Shown here: in pieces, positions 1 through 9,666 of the stretch
Layout of the letters: the number at the start of each line of letters is the position of its first letter
How positions within the stretch are numbered: the stretch's first letter is position 1
Assembly (NCBI GenBank): GCA_002297045.1
Contig: DBJE01000001.1
Span: 46,168-110,167, forward strand
Length of the DNA stretch: 64,000 nucleotides
DNA from: Bacillales bacterium UBA784
GTDB lineage: Bacteria > Bacillota_I > Bacilli_A > RFN20 > CAG-288
Reading direction: 5' to 3'
Program-made: the position numbers and the translations under genes
Notes under the pieces: generated by a model
Database searches by the model: none
What the model was told of the DNA's origin: nothing
The model's input: the letters and a program-made list of their open reading frames with translations, nothing else

Positions 1-1105
1 AGTTTCTTTGCTCGCCCTCCTTCTTCTTTCCGGATGCGGAAAAGAGGAAGTAAGCGAGGTTAAACTCAACGAAATCCAAGGCATCATTGCCCCTAAGGAA
101 ACGTTGGTCCAGGGAGAATCGATTCAGCTTGCCCTAAAAGCCCCATCCGATATCGATGTCAGTTGGTCCGTTTCCAATAGTCTTGCCTCCATCGATGACC
201 AGGGACTTAGGACAGTCAAAGACAGGGACGGCTCTTTCCTTGTCACGGCAAGTTATGGGGAAAAGAACGAATTCAAGGCATCGAAGCTCTTTACCGTCCA
301 CACCCCCAGTATTAAGGAGCTGACCAAGATGAGGTATGACACAGGAAGCGGATACAATTATACCATTACCTGGACAGGTGAATTTTTCGACAGCAAAAAC
401 AATGCCGTAGACAAGGAATATATCCGGAAGAACGAAAAGACCGATGGGGACAATGATCCTGTTTCTCTCTATGAGGACCTTGCCGAAAAAGGCAATGTCT
501 ATAAGGCAGAAAGGGATGGCTATTACTTCAAGTACGGAATCGACGGTAGCGGAAACGAATATGAAGGAGGAGGCTATAACTCTCCTGATGGCTATGTCCA
601 CAACTATGATTTCGTAAACGGACAGTTCACCGAAAGCGGAATTGATCAATTCCTCGGAAGGGCAGGCATCCACGATTATAAGGAAGGATACACCGGCGAC
701 CTCTCCAAGTTCGCCTCCGACGAATTCAAAATCGAAGACTCCGGACTGGTACTAAACAACGATAAATCCGCCTTCATCTATGATTCAAAAAAGGACAGGA
801 ACGATTTTAAAGGCGAGGAATCCTACTCCATCGACTATTCCATCCCTCAGGCCGTCTTCAATACGGTGGATGGTTCTTACGCAGGCAATTTCAATGACCA
901 GGGCTTCTTCGATGATCTGACCGGAACAATCTCCTATACGGACAAGGAAGTGAATAGGGCTTTTGATTTCAAAAATGTCGCCTTAAGCGATTCCGGAAAC
1001 GCCTATACCTACCGGGCAAAGTTCAGAATCTCGGATATCGGAACAACCCTTATCCCCGGATTGAAAGAACAGATTGAAAAGGATAAGGTGAGCTTAGGCA
1101 AGTAA
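1..1105 (+). CDS. Lipoprotein with bacterial Ig-like (Big_2-type) domain, 5' partial (start lies upstream of window)
   Basis: ORF runs from the window edge. The N-terminal sequence ...LALLLLSGCGK has a lipobox. The segment GESIQLALKAPSDIDVSWSVSNSLASIDDQGLRTVKDRDGSFLVTASYG matches a Big_2-like fold. Stop is TAA at 1103-1105. Confidence 0.55.
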   Translation, partial: VSLLALLLLSGCGKEEVSEVKLNEIQGIIAPKETLVQGESIQLALKAPSDIDVSWSVSNSLASIDDQGLRTVKDRDGSFLVTASYGEKNEFKASKLFTVHTPSIKELTKMRYDTGSGYNYTITWTGEFFDSKNNAVDKEYIRKNEKTDGDNDPVSLYEDLAEKGNVYKAERDGYYFKYGIDGSGNEYEGGGYNSPDGYVHNYDFVNGQFTESGIDQFLGRAGIHDYKEGYTGDLSKFASDEFKIEDSGLVLNNDKSAFIYDSKKDRNDFKGEESYSIDYSIPQAVFNTVDGSYAGNFNDQGFFDDLTGTISYTDKEVNRAFDFKNVALSDSGNAYTYRAKFRISDIGTTLIPGLKEQIEKDKVSLGK

Positions 1106-1106
1106 A

Positions 1107-3071
1107 ATGAAAAGACGTGCAAAGCCCTTTCTTCTTTCCTTCCTTCTTTTTTCCTCATCGTCCTATCACCTTACATCCTGCCAGAATACGGTAATCAACG
1201 AACCGCTGACTCTAAAAGGGGAGAGGAAGGCCTACCTTGGGGAGTCCTATCAGTATACGGCAAACAAAGAGGCTGTGATTTTTTCTGTCAGCGATAATAC
1301 TTTTGGCGTCATCTCCAACAAGGGAGTCTTCACGCCCATCAAGGCGGGGAAAGTAACGGTTTTTGCTTCCTTAGGAGAGGAAAAAGCCCAGATTGAAGTG
1401 TCTATCTATTCAAAGAAAGGCGATAAGACCTATGCTTTGGAAGTAACTTCCCTTCCTCGTAAGATAAGCTACAATACCGGGGAAGTCTTTGACAGCACCG
1501 GGAGGAAGGTCTCTCTTATCACCTACGTCGAAGGGGAAGTCTGGAAAAGACAGGAAACCGTCAACTATGTGACGGACTATGACGGAAAGCAGTTCACTGA
1601 GGCAGGCGATATCCAAATCACCGTTTCTTCGAAGAACAGCTACTTTAATATTGCACCTACATTCTTTACGGTTAAGGTCAACGATACGTTCAAGGACTTC
1701 AAGGATCAGGTTCTCTCCTTAGGCAAAAGGACAAACTATACCTTAGAGTTCACAAACGGAAGCGTCTCCTATCTGGCGAAGTATACGGACACGGCTTTCA
1801 GTAACGGCATCTTTGATAAAGACAATAACTATATCGACATCCGGGAAACAAACGGAACAGTCAACAAAAGGGTCTTCGTCAATAAAGACGGGGTCCTTAA
1901 TGCCTCCTTCTATAAGGAAAATAACGTCTTAGAGCATGAAGTCACCAATGACTATTATGTGGACGCCAATACCGGGGAGAAATATCATCCGGATACTCTC
2001 TACTCGGTTCCTTCCTTCGATTTCCGGCCCGAAGTCGATAAGGAGGAGCTAAATAAGTCTTTAGAGAGGGATAAGGATTCCTATTCCTTCTCCGCTTCCG
2101 TCCTCACCTCCTTCTTCGAAAGCCTCGGATTTGAGAAAAACGAACTCTCAGGCTTCAAGCTAACCTCATCCAAAGCTCTAAGCAGGGAAAGCCAGGTCTA
2201 TTCTCTTAGCAATCGGTTCACCCTGAAAATCTATGATATCGGAAAAACCGAAATCAGTGAGCTTCAGGGAATCCGGGATACCTTAAAAGGGGTCAATCAG
2301 TATCAGCATATCCTAGACTTTATGGACTATGTCAGACTCGGAGACGAAAAAGGCTACACCTTAGAGGACTTCCCTTCCTTAGAGGGGGTCTATAACTACT
2401 ACCTAAACAGCGAGAGCAGTTCAGATTCCGGTCGTGCCTTAATCGGACAGGCAAGGGAGAACCCTCTTCCGGACTATGACGGAAAGAGGACAGGACTTTC
2501 TTATACCATTACCTTAAAACTCGATGATTACCAGGGCCTTAGTATCCATCAGTATCTTTCCAAGGATAAGACCTGGCAATTCTCCGTCAGGTATGATGAA
2601 ATTAACCACCTTGTCTCTTTTGTCGTCTTCTATTATCAGGGAAGCTACGACAGCTACCTAAGCAAAGAGAAATACCATCAGTTGATTGAAAAACGGCTGC
2701 AGATTCCCACTTCATCTTTCATGGACGGAATTTACGATAAAGTCGTTTTCTTTTCTAATCGTTCCCTCTCCGATACTCTCTTAGAGAAGGCAAGCTATCG
2801 CCAGCTGAAAGACGGAGAGGGAAAGAACCTCCTCCAGATTGAAACCGATGTTCAAGATGAAAAGACGGCAAAGATGGCGGTAAGCAATCTCCAAAACAGG
2901 TTTGAGACGGAATCCTTCGCCAAAAAGGAAGTCAAGGACAAAGACGGGAACGTCTCTTATCTCTACTCTAAAAACAGGGGAGAGAAGACCTTAAGTGCAC
3001 AGGTCGGTTATCAAGTGGATTCCTCTTCCGGTCTTCCTGTCTATAAGCTCTTAGTCCTCTTCCAAAGTTAG
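1107..3071 (+). CDS. Large lipoprotein (654 aa) with N-terminal Big_2-like domain, function unknown
   Basis: Signal peptide MKRRAKPFLLSFLLFSSSS...LTSC has a lipobox Cys. GESYQYTANKEAVIFSVSDNTFGVISNKGVFTPIKAGKVTVFASLG is a typical Big_2 segment. The gene sits 1 nt after the stop of the preceding lipoprotein gene and ends at TAG 3069-3071. Confidence 0.55.
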   Translation: MKRRAKPFLLSFLLFSSSSYHLTSCQNTVINEPLTLKGERKAYLGESYQYTANKEAVIFSVSDNTFGVISNKGVFTPIKAGKVTVFASLGEEKAQIEVSIYSKKGDKTYALEVTSLPRKISYNTGEVFDSTGRKVSLITYVEGEVWKRQETVNYVTDYDGKQFTEAGDIQITVSSKNSYFNIAPTFFTVKVNDTFKDFKDQVLSLGKRTNYTLEFTNGSVSYLAKYTDTAFSNGIFDKDNNYIDIRETNGTVNKRVFVNKDGVLNASFYKENNVLEHEVTNDYYVDANTGEKYHPDTLYSVPSFDFRPEVDKEELNKSLERDKDSYSFSASVLTSFFESLGFEKNELSGFKLTSSKALSRESQVYSLSNRFTLKIYDIGKTEISELQGIRDTLKGVNQYQHILDFMDYVRLGDEKGYTLEDFPSLEGVYNYYLNSESSSDSGRALIGQARENPLPDYDGKRTGLSYTITLKLDDYQGLSIHQYLSKDKTWQFSVRYDEINHLVSFVVFYYQGSYDSYLSKEKYHQLIEKRLQIPTSSFMDGIYDKVVFFSNRSLSDTLLEKASYRQLKDGEGKNLLQIETDVQDEKTAKMAVSNLQNRFETESFAKKEVKDKDGNVSYLYSKNRGEKTLSAQVGYQVDSSSGLPVYKLLVLFQS

Positions 3072-3085
3072 TTATCCGGCCTTAT

Positions 3086-3122
3086 GCCCTGCCTAATCAT
3101 GAAAACAGGCAGGGCTTTTCTG
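3086..3122 (+). terminator. Rho-independent terminator after the lipoprotein operon
   Basis: Stem GCCCTGCC (3086-3093) pairs with GGCAGGGC (3108-3115), followed by TTTTCTG. Confidence 0.7.
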
Positions 3123-3326
3123 ATCGTAAATGATTAATCGGTGGGAAAAGGAACAATCTTTTTTTAGAACCACCGTTTTAGAAAACTACACAGGCCGTTT
3201 TCCAGAGTCCACCAAAGAAAGTAAAGATTGGTTTAAGTAGCCTGGCATTCAAAATTTTCACGAAGAATAAGGATGAGCTATGCTAACCCACCATTTTCTA
3301 TCAATCGGGAAGGCAATTGAAGGGGA

Positions 3327-4534
3327 TTATAAATTTGTTTTATTCCTTAGCCAGTCGAGGGCATAGATGATCTTGATGCCGTTATCATCTTTAATGGGTG
3401 CTTCATCCCTTGTAAGGATCCTTTTGGGATAACTGTTCTTTAATCCTTTCAAAGGAGCGATTTCCCGCTGGTAGGTGGAATCCTCTCTGACCGATAAGGA
3501 GACCTGAATTAAATAAGTATTTTCCTTGTTCCGGACTACAAAATCAATTTCATTGGTGTCATGCTTGCCGATCCTGACTTGATATCCTCTTCTGATTAGT
3601 TCTAGGTACACGACATTTTCCAGGATATGTCCCTCATCCTGACCTTTGATTCCACAAAAAAGATTGCGAAGGCCTAAGTCTGCAGCATAGTACTTTTCCT
3701 GTGACTTCAGCCTCCTTTTGCCTTTAACGTTGTATCGCTTGACTTGATAGACTAACAGAGAATCCATTAAGGCCTGCAGATACTTCTCGACTGTTTTTTC
3801 GTTCACTTTTCTGCCGTTAGAAGACAAGGTATTGGAAATCTTATAGGGATTAAGTCGACTTCCGATGTTATCAAAAACAAACGAAGTGATACTTTGCAAG
3901 ATCCTTACATCGCTAATGTGATACCGCTGGATGACATCTTTCACACGGATAGTCGAATAAAGACCATGAAGGTAATCCTGTATTGCTTTCCAATCGTCAT
4001 GGTATTGGAGAACGTAGGGGAACGAGGAGAGGGTTACATATTGGTTATAAAGAGAAAGAAGGGATTTGCTCGTGTCAAATGCACTCACATATTCCCGGAA
4101 AGACAAAGGAAGCCTCTTTAATTCGATATATCTGCCAGAAAGCAAAGTGGCTAATTCAGAAGACCTAAAAAAAGCATTTGACCCAGTTAAGTAGATATCC
4201 GTATTTGGCTGAACAAAGAGACTATCGACCATTTTTTCAAAATTAAGACAGTTCTGGACTTCATCTAAAAAATATACGTCCTCTTATCCAAGACCAATCG
4301 GTTCTTAATAAAGAAGCATAGTTCTTTATAATCCCTGCCCTGATAGGTTAGGTCTTCCAAATTAATCTTGATAATCTGTTTTTCCTCACCCCCGTGGTTT
4401 AAAAGATAGTCGATAAAAATATCGAAAAGATTAGACTTTCCACATCGCCGGATACCGCTTACAACTTGGATAATGTCTTTCTCTTTGTGTGAAAGCAAAA
4501 AATTTAGATAATCATTTCGCTCTATCCAAGCCAT
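3327..4534 (-). pseudogene. COG1373/DUF4143-type AAA ATPase, split by a -1 frameshift in an A6 (T6 on the coding strand) homopolymer at 4265-4270
   Basis: The N-terminal ORF 4265..4534 carries the Walker A motif GIRRCGKS and ends ...LDKRTYIF*. The next frame upstream of ORF 3327..4232 reads ...LDEVQNCLNFEKMVDSLFVQPNTDIYLTGSNA..., which is the Walker B/DExQ and DUF4143 continuation typical of the family. Adding one T to the T-run restores a single ~402-aa ORF. Confidence 0.7.
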
Positions 4535-4923
4535 AGATGTTCATCCTTGATATTATTTTACGACTTCGTCAGATGAAATAAGAGTATTCGTAAAAAAATC
4601 CGAAAACCTATAAAAGAAAAGAAATATTCGTATTCTGTTAGTGAAGTGGCATAAAATCTGTGCAGGGAAGGCAGGACAACGATATAGGGGAGCCTCCTAG
4701 AAAGCTAGCCTTCAAGGAAGCCGACTATTCCGGCTGGGGCTGCAGCCATGAAGAGGATAACGCAAACCCGACAGCTCAGCCACAGGGAACTGAAGGTGGT
4801 GCTGAGAGGGGAGACTTCTACGACTTGAACAAGGGATCAGCTGACACGGAAGGACTGCTGGTGGTGCAAGAGGCCTGTCCTTTCCAATGTTTCAAGCCAT
4901 TTGGAAGATTGCCTCCTTGCGCA

Positions 4924-4957
4924 TGACCCCTGAGCTAGCTCAGGGGTCATTTTGTTT
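4924..4957 (+). terminator. Strong rho-independent terminator closing a plus-strand transcribed element (4660-4957) of unknown nature
   Basis: An 11-12 bp stem TGACCCCTGAGC/GCTCAGGGGTCA is followed by TTTTGTTT. Confidence 0.7.
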
Positions 4958-5167
4958 GCTTCTTCATTCTCATTTCATTTTACAATTCAGATCCTTTTTT
5001 AAATCCAAGGGTAGTTTCACTTTTTCTCTTTTCATTGATAATAATGGAATCGAACATTTGAAATGAAAATGTTCATATAAATGTCGTTTAAACTATTGTA
5101 ATCGCTTTCTAGTTCCTGAAGGTAAACACATGTGATTCAATAATAATCGGAATTCGGAGGTAAATAT

Positions 5168-6238
5168 ATGATGAAAATTATTTCGCTCCTTTCTTTACTT
5201 CTTCTTAATCCAATCGTTCCCTCTTCCAATGATTCTTTAGTTTCTGTTTGCGGTGAACTATCAAGTGATAGTAAACCTGTTGTAAATGTAAATTTGGAGG
5301 GTTCTGGTTCAAAGTTTGTCTACAAAGCAGGCTTCCAAACCTTGAGCACTGGCTCAGCCGAATCTTCCTTACCAGTAGTGCAATATGATTTCGATACCAA
5401 GATTACAACTTTTACTTCCGTATCCTATTCGAACTCTGGATATATTACAACAGCATCCAAGGACATTGTAGGGCCGTCAGGGTACTATAACTTTAGCCTC
5501 AAAAATTATAATTCACTTTATAATGGCAGTAAAGACAATCTCCGCCAAACTGAATATGAATATCGGCCATATACTTACCTTTCCCCTATTGGTAGAACAT
5601 ACGCCAAATTTAATGACTATTATTCTGTCGGAAGCTGTTTTACAGTTGGAAACTACACCGCGCTATCTGCTGCACACTGTTTCTTTAAAGATGGTGCTTT
5701 TTCTTCTTCTGCAGATGCTTTCTTTGTTCTGCAAGAAAATAATGTCTATGCACACACATCTAAAATCAATAAAGTTATCATTCCAAGAACTTATTATGAT
5801 TGGGCTGATACGGATGAAGGCAAATCAACACGTGATTTTGACTGGTGTATTTGTGTTTTGGACAAGAGTGTTGGTGATGATGTTGGCTATCTTTCTGTAT
5901 CATCTGGCTATACTATGGCCGGTTGTTATAATTTTGCATGTGGCTATCCATCGATAGGTGGAGATACTAGAGATGGGCAATTATGCTATTCCGCTGCTTC
6001 CGAAGTGATGGAGCCAGATGATCCTAATGATACAGCCGTATTTCATCTATATAATTATTTATTGCCTGGGATGAGCGGTGGACCGGTTTTATTCTACTAT
6101 GAGAATTCTATGACTTTCGAACAGTATTCTGGAGTATCCTCTATTAACATTCAAAGAAATCTGGATGACCATAGTGGCTATGCCGTTAAGATATCCAATG
6201 CCTTGATTGAGACAAGGAGAAAGGTGGAAAATATATGA
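5168..6238 (+). CDS. Secreted trypsin-like (S1 family) serine protease
   Basis: Signal peptide MMKIISLLSLLLLNPIVPSS. His motif TALSAAHCF. Asp in DWCICVLD. Ser motif GMSGGPV. RBS GGAGGTAAATAT precedes the ATG. Base composition is visibly AT-richer than neighbouring genes. Confidence 0.8.
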   Translation: MMKIISLLSLLLLNPIVPSSNDSLVSVCGELSSDSKPVVNVNLEGSGSKFVYKAGFQTLSTGSAESSLPVVQYDFDTKITTFTSVSYSNSGYITTASKDIVGPSGYYNFSLKNYNSLYNGSKDNLRQTEYEYRPYTYLSPIGRTYAKFNDYYSVGSCFTVGNYTALSAAHCFFKDGAFSSSADAFFVLQENNVYAHTSKINKVIIPRTYYDWADTDEGKSTRDFDWCICVLDKSVGDDVGYLSVSSGYTMAGCYNFACGYPSIGGDTRDGQLCYSAASEVMEPDDPNDTAVFHLYNYLLPGMSGGPVLFYYENSMTFEQYSGVSSINIQRNLDDHSGYAVKISNALIETRRKVENI

Positions 6239-6888
6239 AAAAGATTTTTGGTATTTTATCCGTTCTGACCGGTTTGCTCTTTTCCTGTTCTCCGACGAAT
6301 AACGATTCGTCATCGACAAAAGAATCGGCTTCCCAGAACATCGTCAATCTGCCTATCATCGTTCCTTACCAGGATGCCCAGAAAAAGACATTCTTCTTCG
6401 AGGGTACGATACATTTCACTTCCTATGCCGACTATATTGTCGATACCTATGGCTATGCCCATATCCTCTTTGGATCTAAGCAGGGGGACAAAAAGGAACC
6501 GAATTTCTATCAGTCTAAAGAGGAGAAAAGTCCAACTCTTTCTGCTAATGATTTCGTAGACGGGGAAAAGGTCTGTTTCACTTGGGGCGAGACCAATTCC
6601 TTCCTCTGCTCCAAGGTAAATGACATCTACAAATATGACAAGGATATCCTTACTCCTGTCGGAAAGAAGAAAGGGAAGATAGAGAAGGAAACAATCGGGC
6701 ATTTCCTTTCTGACGACCGAACGATGGACATCACTTCGTATTATTCTGATGATTTGCTGTACCTCACTTCGGATTTTAAGGGGACAAAAGTGGACTATTC
6801 CAAGGACTATTATGCCTATACGGTAACAGGGAGGAGAACTAGGGTCCACCAGGAAGAGACCGAGGTCCTCTTCTTTGTCGAGGCCTAG
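6235..6888 (+). CDS. Lipoprotein, unknown function, translationally coupled to the protease gene
   Basis: The start ATG overlaps the protease stop (ATGA). Signal peptide MKKIFGILSVLTGLLFSCS carries a lipobox. Confidence 0.6.
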   Translation: MKKIFGILSVLTGLLFSCSPTNNDSSSTKESASQNIVNLPIIVPYQDAQKKTFFFEGTIHFTSYADYIVDTYGYAHILFGSKQGDKKEPNFYQSKEEKSPTLSANDFVDGEKVCFTWGETNSFLCSKVNDIYKYDKDILTPVGKKKGKIEKETIGHFLSDDRTMDITSYYSDDLLYLTSDFKGTKVDYSKDYYAYTVTGRRTRVHQEETEVLFFVEA

Positions 6889-6936
6889 GGCCATCATCCT
6901 TCGGAAAGCCGGATTCAGGTTTGCAAAAAAGAAAAG

Positions 6937-6962
6937 GCAGCGGCAACAGCGCTGCTTTTTTG
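6937..6962 (+). terminator. Rho-independent terminator (usable in both orientations) after the protease-lipoprotein pair
   Basis: Stem GCAGCG, loop gcaaca, stem CGCTGC, then T7. An A-run lies upstream, so it can also serve the convergent minus-strand gene. Confidence 0.7.
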
Positions 6963-6996
6963 TGTTAAAACAAGGAATAATATACAGAGGCCGGAT

Positions 6997-7533
6997 CTAG
7001 AATCTCAGTTCTTTTACCCTTAGGTCATCTTCTAAATCGAAAAGCCGGATACCCTCTTCGTTTAATACCCTATAAGAATGGCGCCCATCCTTAGGAAGAG
7101 AGACGGAGCCTGGGTTAGCCAGGATTAGGTTCCCTTTCTTTTCCAAAACTCCCACATGGGTGTGACCCTGGAGGAAGATATCGCCCGGATTTTTCGGAAG
7201 ATTGTCAAAGGAATAGTGATGACCATGGGTCATTGTGATTTGTTTGCCGAAAACATACCTTGTCCCCACTTCCGAGAAGAGGAAAGGGGAGACCATCTGA
7301 TCGACTTCCGATTCGCAGTTCCCCTTTATGGCGATGATTTTCTCGGCATAGGAATTGACTAGCGCGACGCAGTCCTTCGGAGAATAGTCCTTAGGAGGGA
7401 TGTTCCGTGCACCGGAATAATAGAAGTCGCCAAGAAGGATGATCTTCTCCGGGTTATACTTTTCGGCTTTCGAAAAGAAGAGCTTAGCATAGTAGAAGGA
7501 ACCATGGATGTCGGAACCGATTAGGAAATTCAT
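6997..7533 (-). CDS. YfcE-like metallophosphoesterase (calcineurin-like phosphoesterase)
   Basis: N-terminus MNFLIGSDIHGS with LLGDFYY...GNCE. The family's GHTH segment is present (MTHGHHY). Confidence 0.75.
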   Translation of the reverse strand: MNFLIGSDIHGSFYYAKLFFSKAEKYNPEKIILLGDFYYSGARNIPPKDYSPKDCVALVNSYAEKIIAIKGNCESEVDQMVSPFLFSEVGTRYVFGKQITMTHGHHYSFDNLPKNPGDIFLQGHTHVGVLEKKGNLILANPGSVSLPKDGRHSYRVLNEEGIRLFDLEDDLRVKELRF

Positions 7534-7554
7534 TTTTATTCTCCTTTGTCTGAC

Positions 7555-8049
7555 CTAGAAGTTCAGGGACTGGACGAGGGAAGAAGAGTCAAAGTCGATG
7601 ATTCTCCTTCCCTTTTCGTCCATCACCCTATAGGAATGGATGCCGTCTCTTGGCTCGGACAAGGAGCCGGGATTGGCGATGATCTTCCCATCCTTCCTTT
7701 GTGTAAGGGACGAGACATGGCTATGTCCTAAAAGCCTGATGTCGTAAGGAAAAGGACAGTTCATCGGATTGTAGTAATTCCCATGGGTGAGGACAATCCG
7801 TTTATTAAACTGGACGTCCCTGTTGATCAGTGGCCTATCAAAACGGGCAGAATCAATCTCTTCATAACTATCGCAGTTGCCTCTTACGGCAAGGATCTTT
7901 TGGTGAAGCGGGTTAAAGACGTCAATGGCATCAAAAAGAAGATCACCGAGAAGATAGAGCTTATCAAAATGCTCCTCCTTGAATAAGGAAAGGGCAGCCT
8001 TGCTATAGGCGATGTCGCCGTGAAGATCACTGAGTACCCTGATTTTCAT
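7555..8049 (-). CDS. YfcE-like metallophosphoesterase, tandem paralog
   Basis: N-terminus MKIRVLSDLHGD with LLGDLL...VRGNCDS and LTHGNYY. This is the same fold as the adjacent gene. Confidence 0.75.
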   Translation of the reverse strand: MKIRVLSDLHGDIAYSKAALSLFKEEHFDKLYLLGDLLFDAIDVFNPLHQKILAVRGNCDSYEEIDSARFDRPLINRDVQFNKRIVLTHGNYYNPMNCPFPYDIRLLGHSHVSSLTQRKDGKIIANPGSLSEPRDGIHSYRVMDEKGRRIIDFDSSSLVQSLNF

Positions 8050-8087
8050 TCCAGGAATATTGTAAGCCCTAGGCGGCAGGATGCAAG

Positions 8088-8888
8088 TCAGTCACCCCTG
8101 ATTTTCCTTTTGGAAAGAAGGGGGACTTCCTTTTCCTCTCTCGCCTTAGAGACGCTAGGATGGTTAAGGAAGGAAAGAAGGCGGGGATTCTTGCATCGAT
8201 GGAAGATATACTCCGGTGTCCCGTATTCTGCAACAAGCCCCTTATCCATGAAGAGAACCTTGCTTGATACGTTTTCGGCAAAGGACATCTCGTGGGTGAC
8301 GACGATCCTTGTAATATGCTCTTTAGCCAACGCGTTCCTGACGGAAAGAACTTCTCCTACCCTCTCCGGGTCAAGGGCGCTTGTCGGTTCATCGAAAAGG
8401 ATGACGTCCGGATTCCTTGAGAGGGCTCTGGCAATGGCGACTCTCTGCTTCTGTCCGCCGGAAATATCCTTGACTTTGAAGTGGATGCGGTCAGCTAGTC
8501 CGACCCGGTTTAGATTCGTCAAGGCAATTTCCTCGGCTTCTTTCTTACTACGTTTAAGGACCTTCCTCTGTCCTATCCTGCAGTTTTTCCTCACATCCCT
8601 GTTATTGAAGAGATTGAAGGACTGGAAGACCATGCTAAGACGGCTCCGGAGCCGGTTTAGATTGCACTTTGGACTATGGATGTCTTCACCGCGGTAGATA
8701 ATCTGTCCGGAAGTAGGCTCCTCAAGCCGGTTAAGGCAGCGGAGAAGCGTGGATTTTCCGCTCCCGGAGGGACCGATGATGGTCAGGCATTCCCCTTCGC
8801 AGACCGAAAAGGATATATCTTTAAGGACAGAGGTGTTCCCCTCGAAGGTCTTCGAAAGATGGGATACCTTGATGATTTCCTTAGCCAT
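8088..8888 (-). CDS. Polar amino acid ABC transporter ATP-binding protein (GlnQ/ArtP-like)
   Basis: Walker [10 protein letters not shown], signature [15 protein letters not shown], Walker [12 protein letters not shown]. Start chosen at MAKEIIKV with AGGAGA RBS. The ORF-track start at 8933 lacks an RBS. Confidence 0.85.
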   Translation of the reverse strand: MAKEIIKVSHLSKTFEGNTSVLKDISFSVCEGECLTIIGPSGSGKSTLLRCLNRLEEPTSGQIIYRGEDIHSPKCNLNRLRSRLSMVFQSFNLFNNRDVRKNCRIGQRKVLKRSKKEAEEIALTNLNRVGLADRIHFKVKDISGGQKQRVAIARALSRNPDVILFDEPTSALDPERVGEVLSVRNALAKEHITRIVVTHEMSFAENVSSKVLFMDKGLVAEYGTPEYIFHRCKNPRLLSFLNHPSVSKAREEKEVPLLSKRKIRGD

Positions 8889-9666
8889 TTGCATTCTCCT
8901 TCTTCCGGAAATGGAAGAACCTGTTCTGCACATTAAACTTCCTCTTCTTTCCGTCTAGCTTAAACTCCCTGAATTTCAGGATTCCGGTCGCCACTAAGGT
9001 CAGAAGAAGGTACCTTAAGGCAATAAGAAGATAGCTAGCCCTGTACTTATAATTCTTGCTGGCTGCGGCATTTGCCTGCCAATAGAGTTCGCTGACGGCG
9101 ATGACGTTAAGGACGGAGGAATCCTTGATGTTGACGACCCATTCGTTCCCGATAGTCGGAATGGAATTCCGGATGGCCTGAGGGAGAAGAACGGAGAAAA
9201 GAGTCTGCCTCTTGTTCCTCCCTAGGGATCTCGCTCCTTCTTCCTGCCCCTTGTCTACGCCGTTTAGACCGGAGAGGACAATCTCTCCCCTATAGGCGGC
9301 GGTGTTAAAGGTAATGACAATCCTTCCGGCGATAAACCAGCCGTTGAAGACGGAGTTCCCTCCAAGAACCTTGTTCCAGTTAAGACCCCTGGCCTGGCAT
9401 CCATACTTGAAAATCCTTGCCTGGACCATCCTAGGAGTACCCCGGATGATGAGGGAATAGGCCTCAGAGATAAACCGGATAGGATAGGAAACAAATTTCT
9501 TCCAAAGGGGAACATCTTTTACATCCCTTCTTTTTCCAAAGGCCAGAAACACTCCAAGGAAAAGCCCACCGAAAGTGCCGATAAGGGAAAGGATGATGGT
9601 AGAGAGAAGACCATAGAGATAAAAGCTTCCGTAATGGGAAAGAAGGTCGGAAAAATCGGAGAACAT
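8881..9666 (-). CDS. Polar amino acid ABC transporter permease (HisM/Q-type)
   Basis: A hydrophobic ~260-aa protein with a single permease domain. It is translationally coupled (overlapping) to the flanking binding-protein and ATPase genes. Confidence 0.75.
   Translation of the reverse strand: MFSDFSDLLSHYGSFYLYGLLSTIILSLIGTFGGLFLGVFLAFGKRRDVKDVPLWKKFVSYPIRFISEAYSLIIRGTPRMVQARIFKYGCQARGLNWNKVLGGNSVFNGWFIAGRIVITFNTAAYRGEIVLSGLNGVDKGQEEGARSLGRNKRQTLFSVLLPQAIRNSIPTIGNEWVVNIKDSSVLNVIAVSELYWQANAAASKNYKYRASYLLIALRYLLLTLVATGILKFREFKLDGKKRKFNVQNRFFHFRKKENANG

Noticed and set aside
134-673. 179-aa minus-strand ORF inside the first lipoprotein gene
   Set aside because: It is antisense to a well-supported CDS, has no RBS or signal, and its composition mirrors the coding strand. 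It is a typical shadow ORF. The same reasoning applies to the other antisense or alternate-frame ORFs in the track (e.g. 1410..1616, 3894..4168, 5523..5957, 6310..6897, 8020..8697, 9264..9718, 12276..12695, 14161..14646, 18242..18741, 19057..19835, 22734..23444, 24673..25337, 27538..28880 Pro/Ser-rich frames, 33017..34130, 35800..36601, 37716..38438, 39573..40185, 45090..46370, 47160..49452, 53719..54514, 55315..56650, 58028..59683, 59915..60304, 62395..63733).
4660-4926. 88-aa plus-strand ORF as a protein-coding gene
   Set aside because: It has no RBS and no recognisable domain, and its composition is odd. The segment is better treated as a possible ncRNA or gene remnant (see finding).
4640-4960. 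Identity as tmRNA, RNase P RNA or SRP RNA
   Set aside because: The expected conserved blocks are absent on inspection: tmRNA GGUUCGA(A/U)UCC T-arm and CCA end, RNase P AGGAAAGUCCGGGCU / ACAGAA, and SRP GGUCCGGAAGGAAGCAGC.
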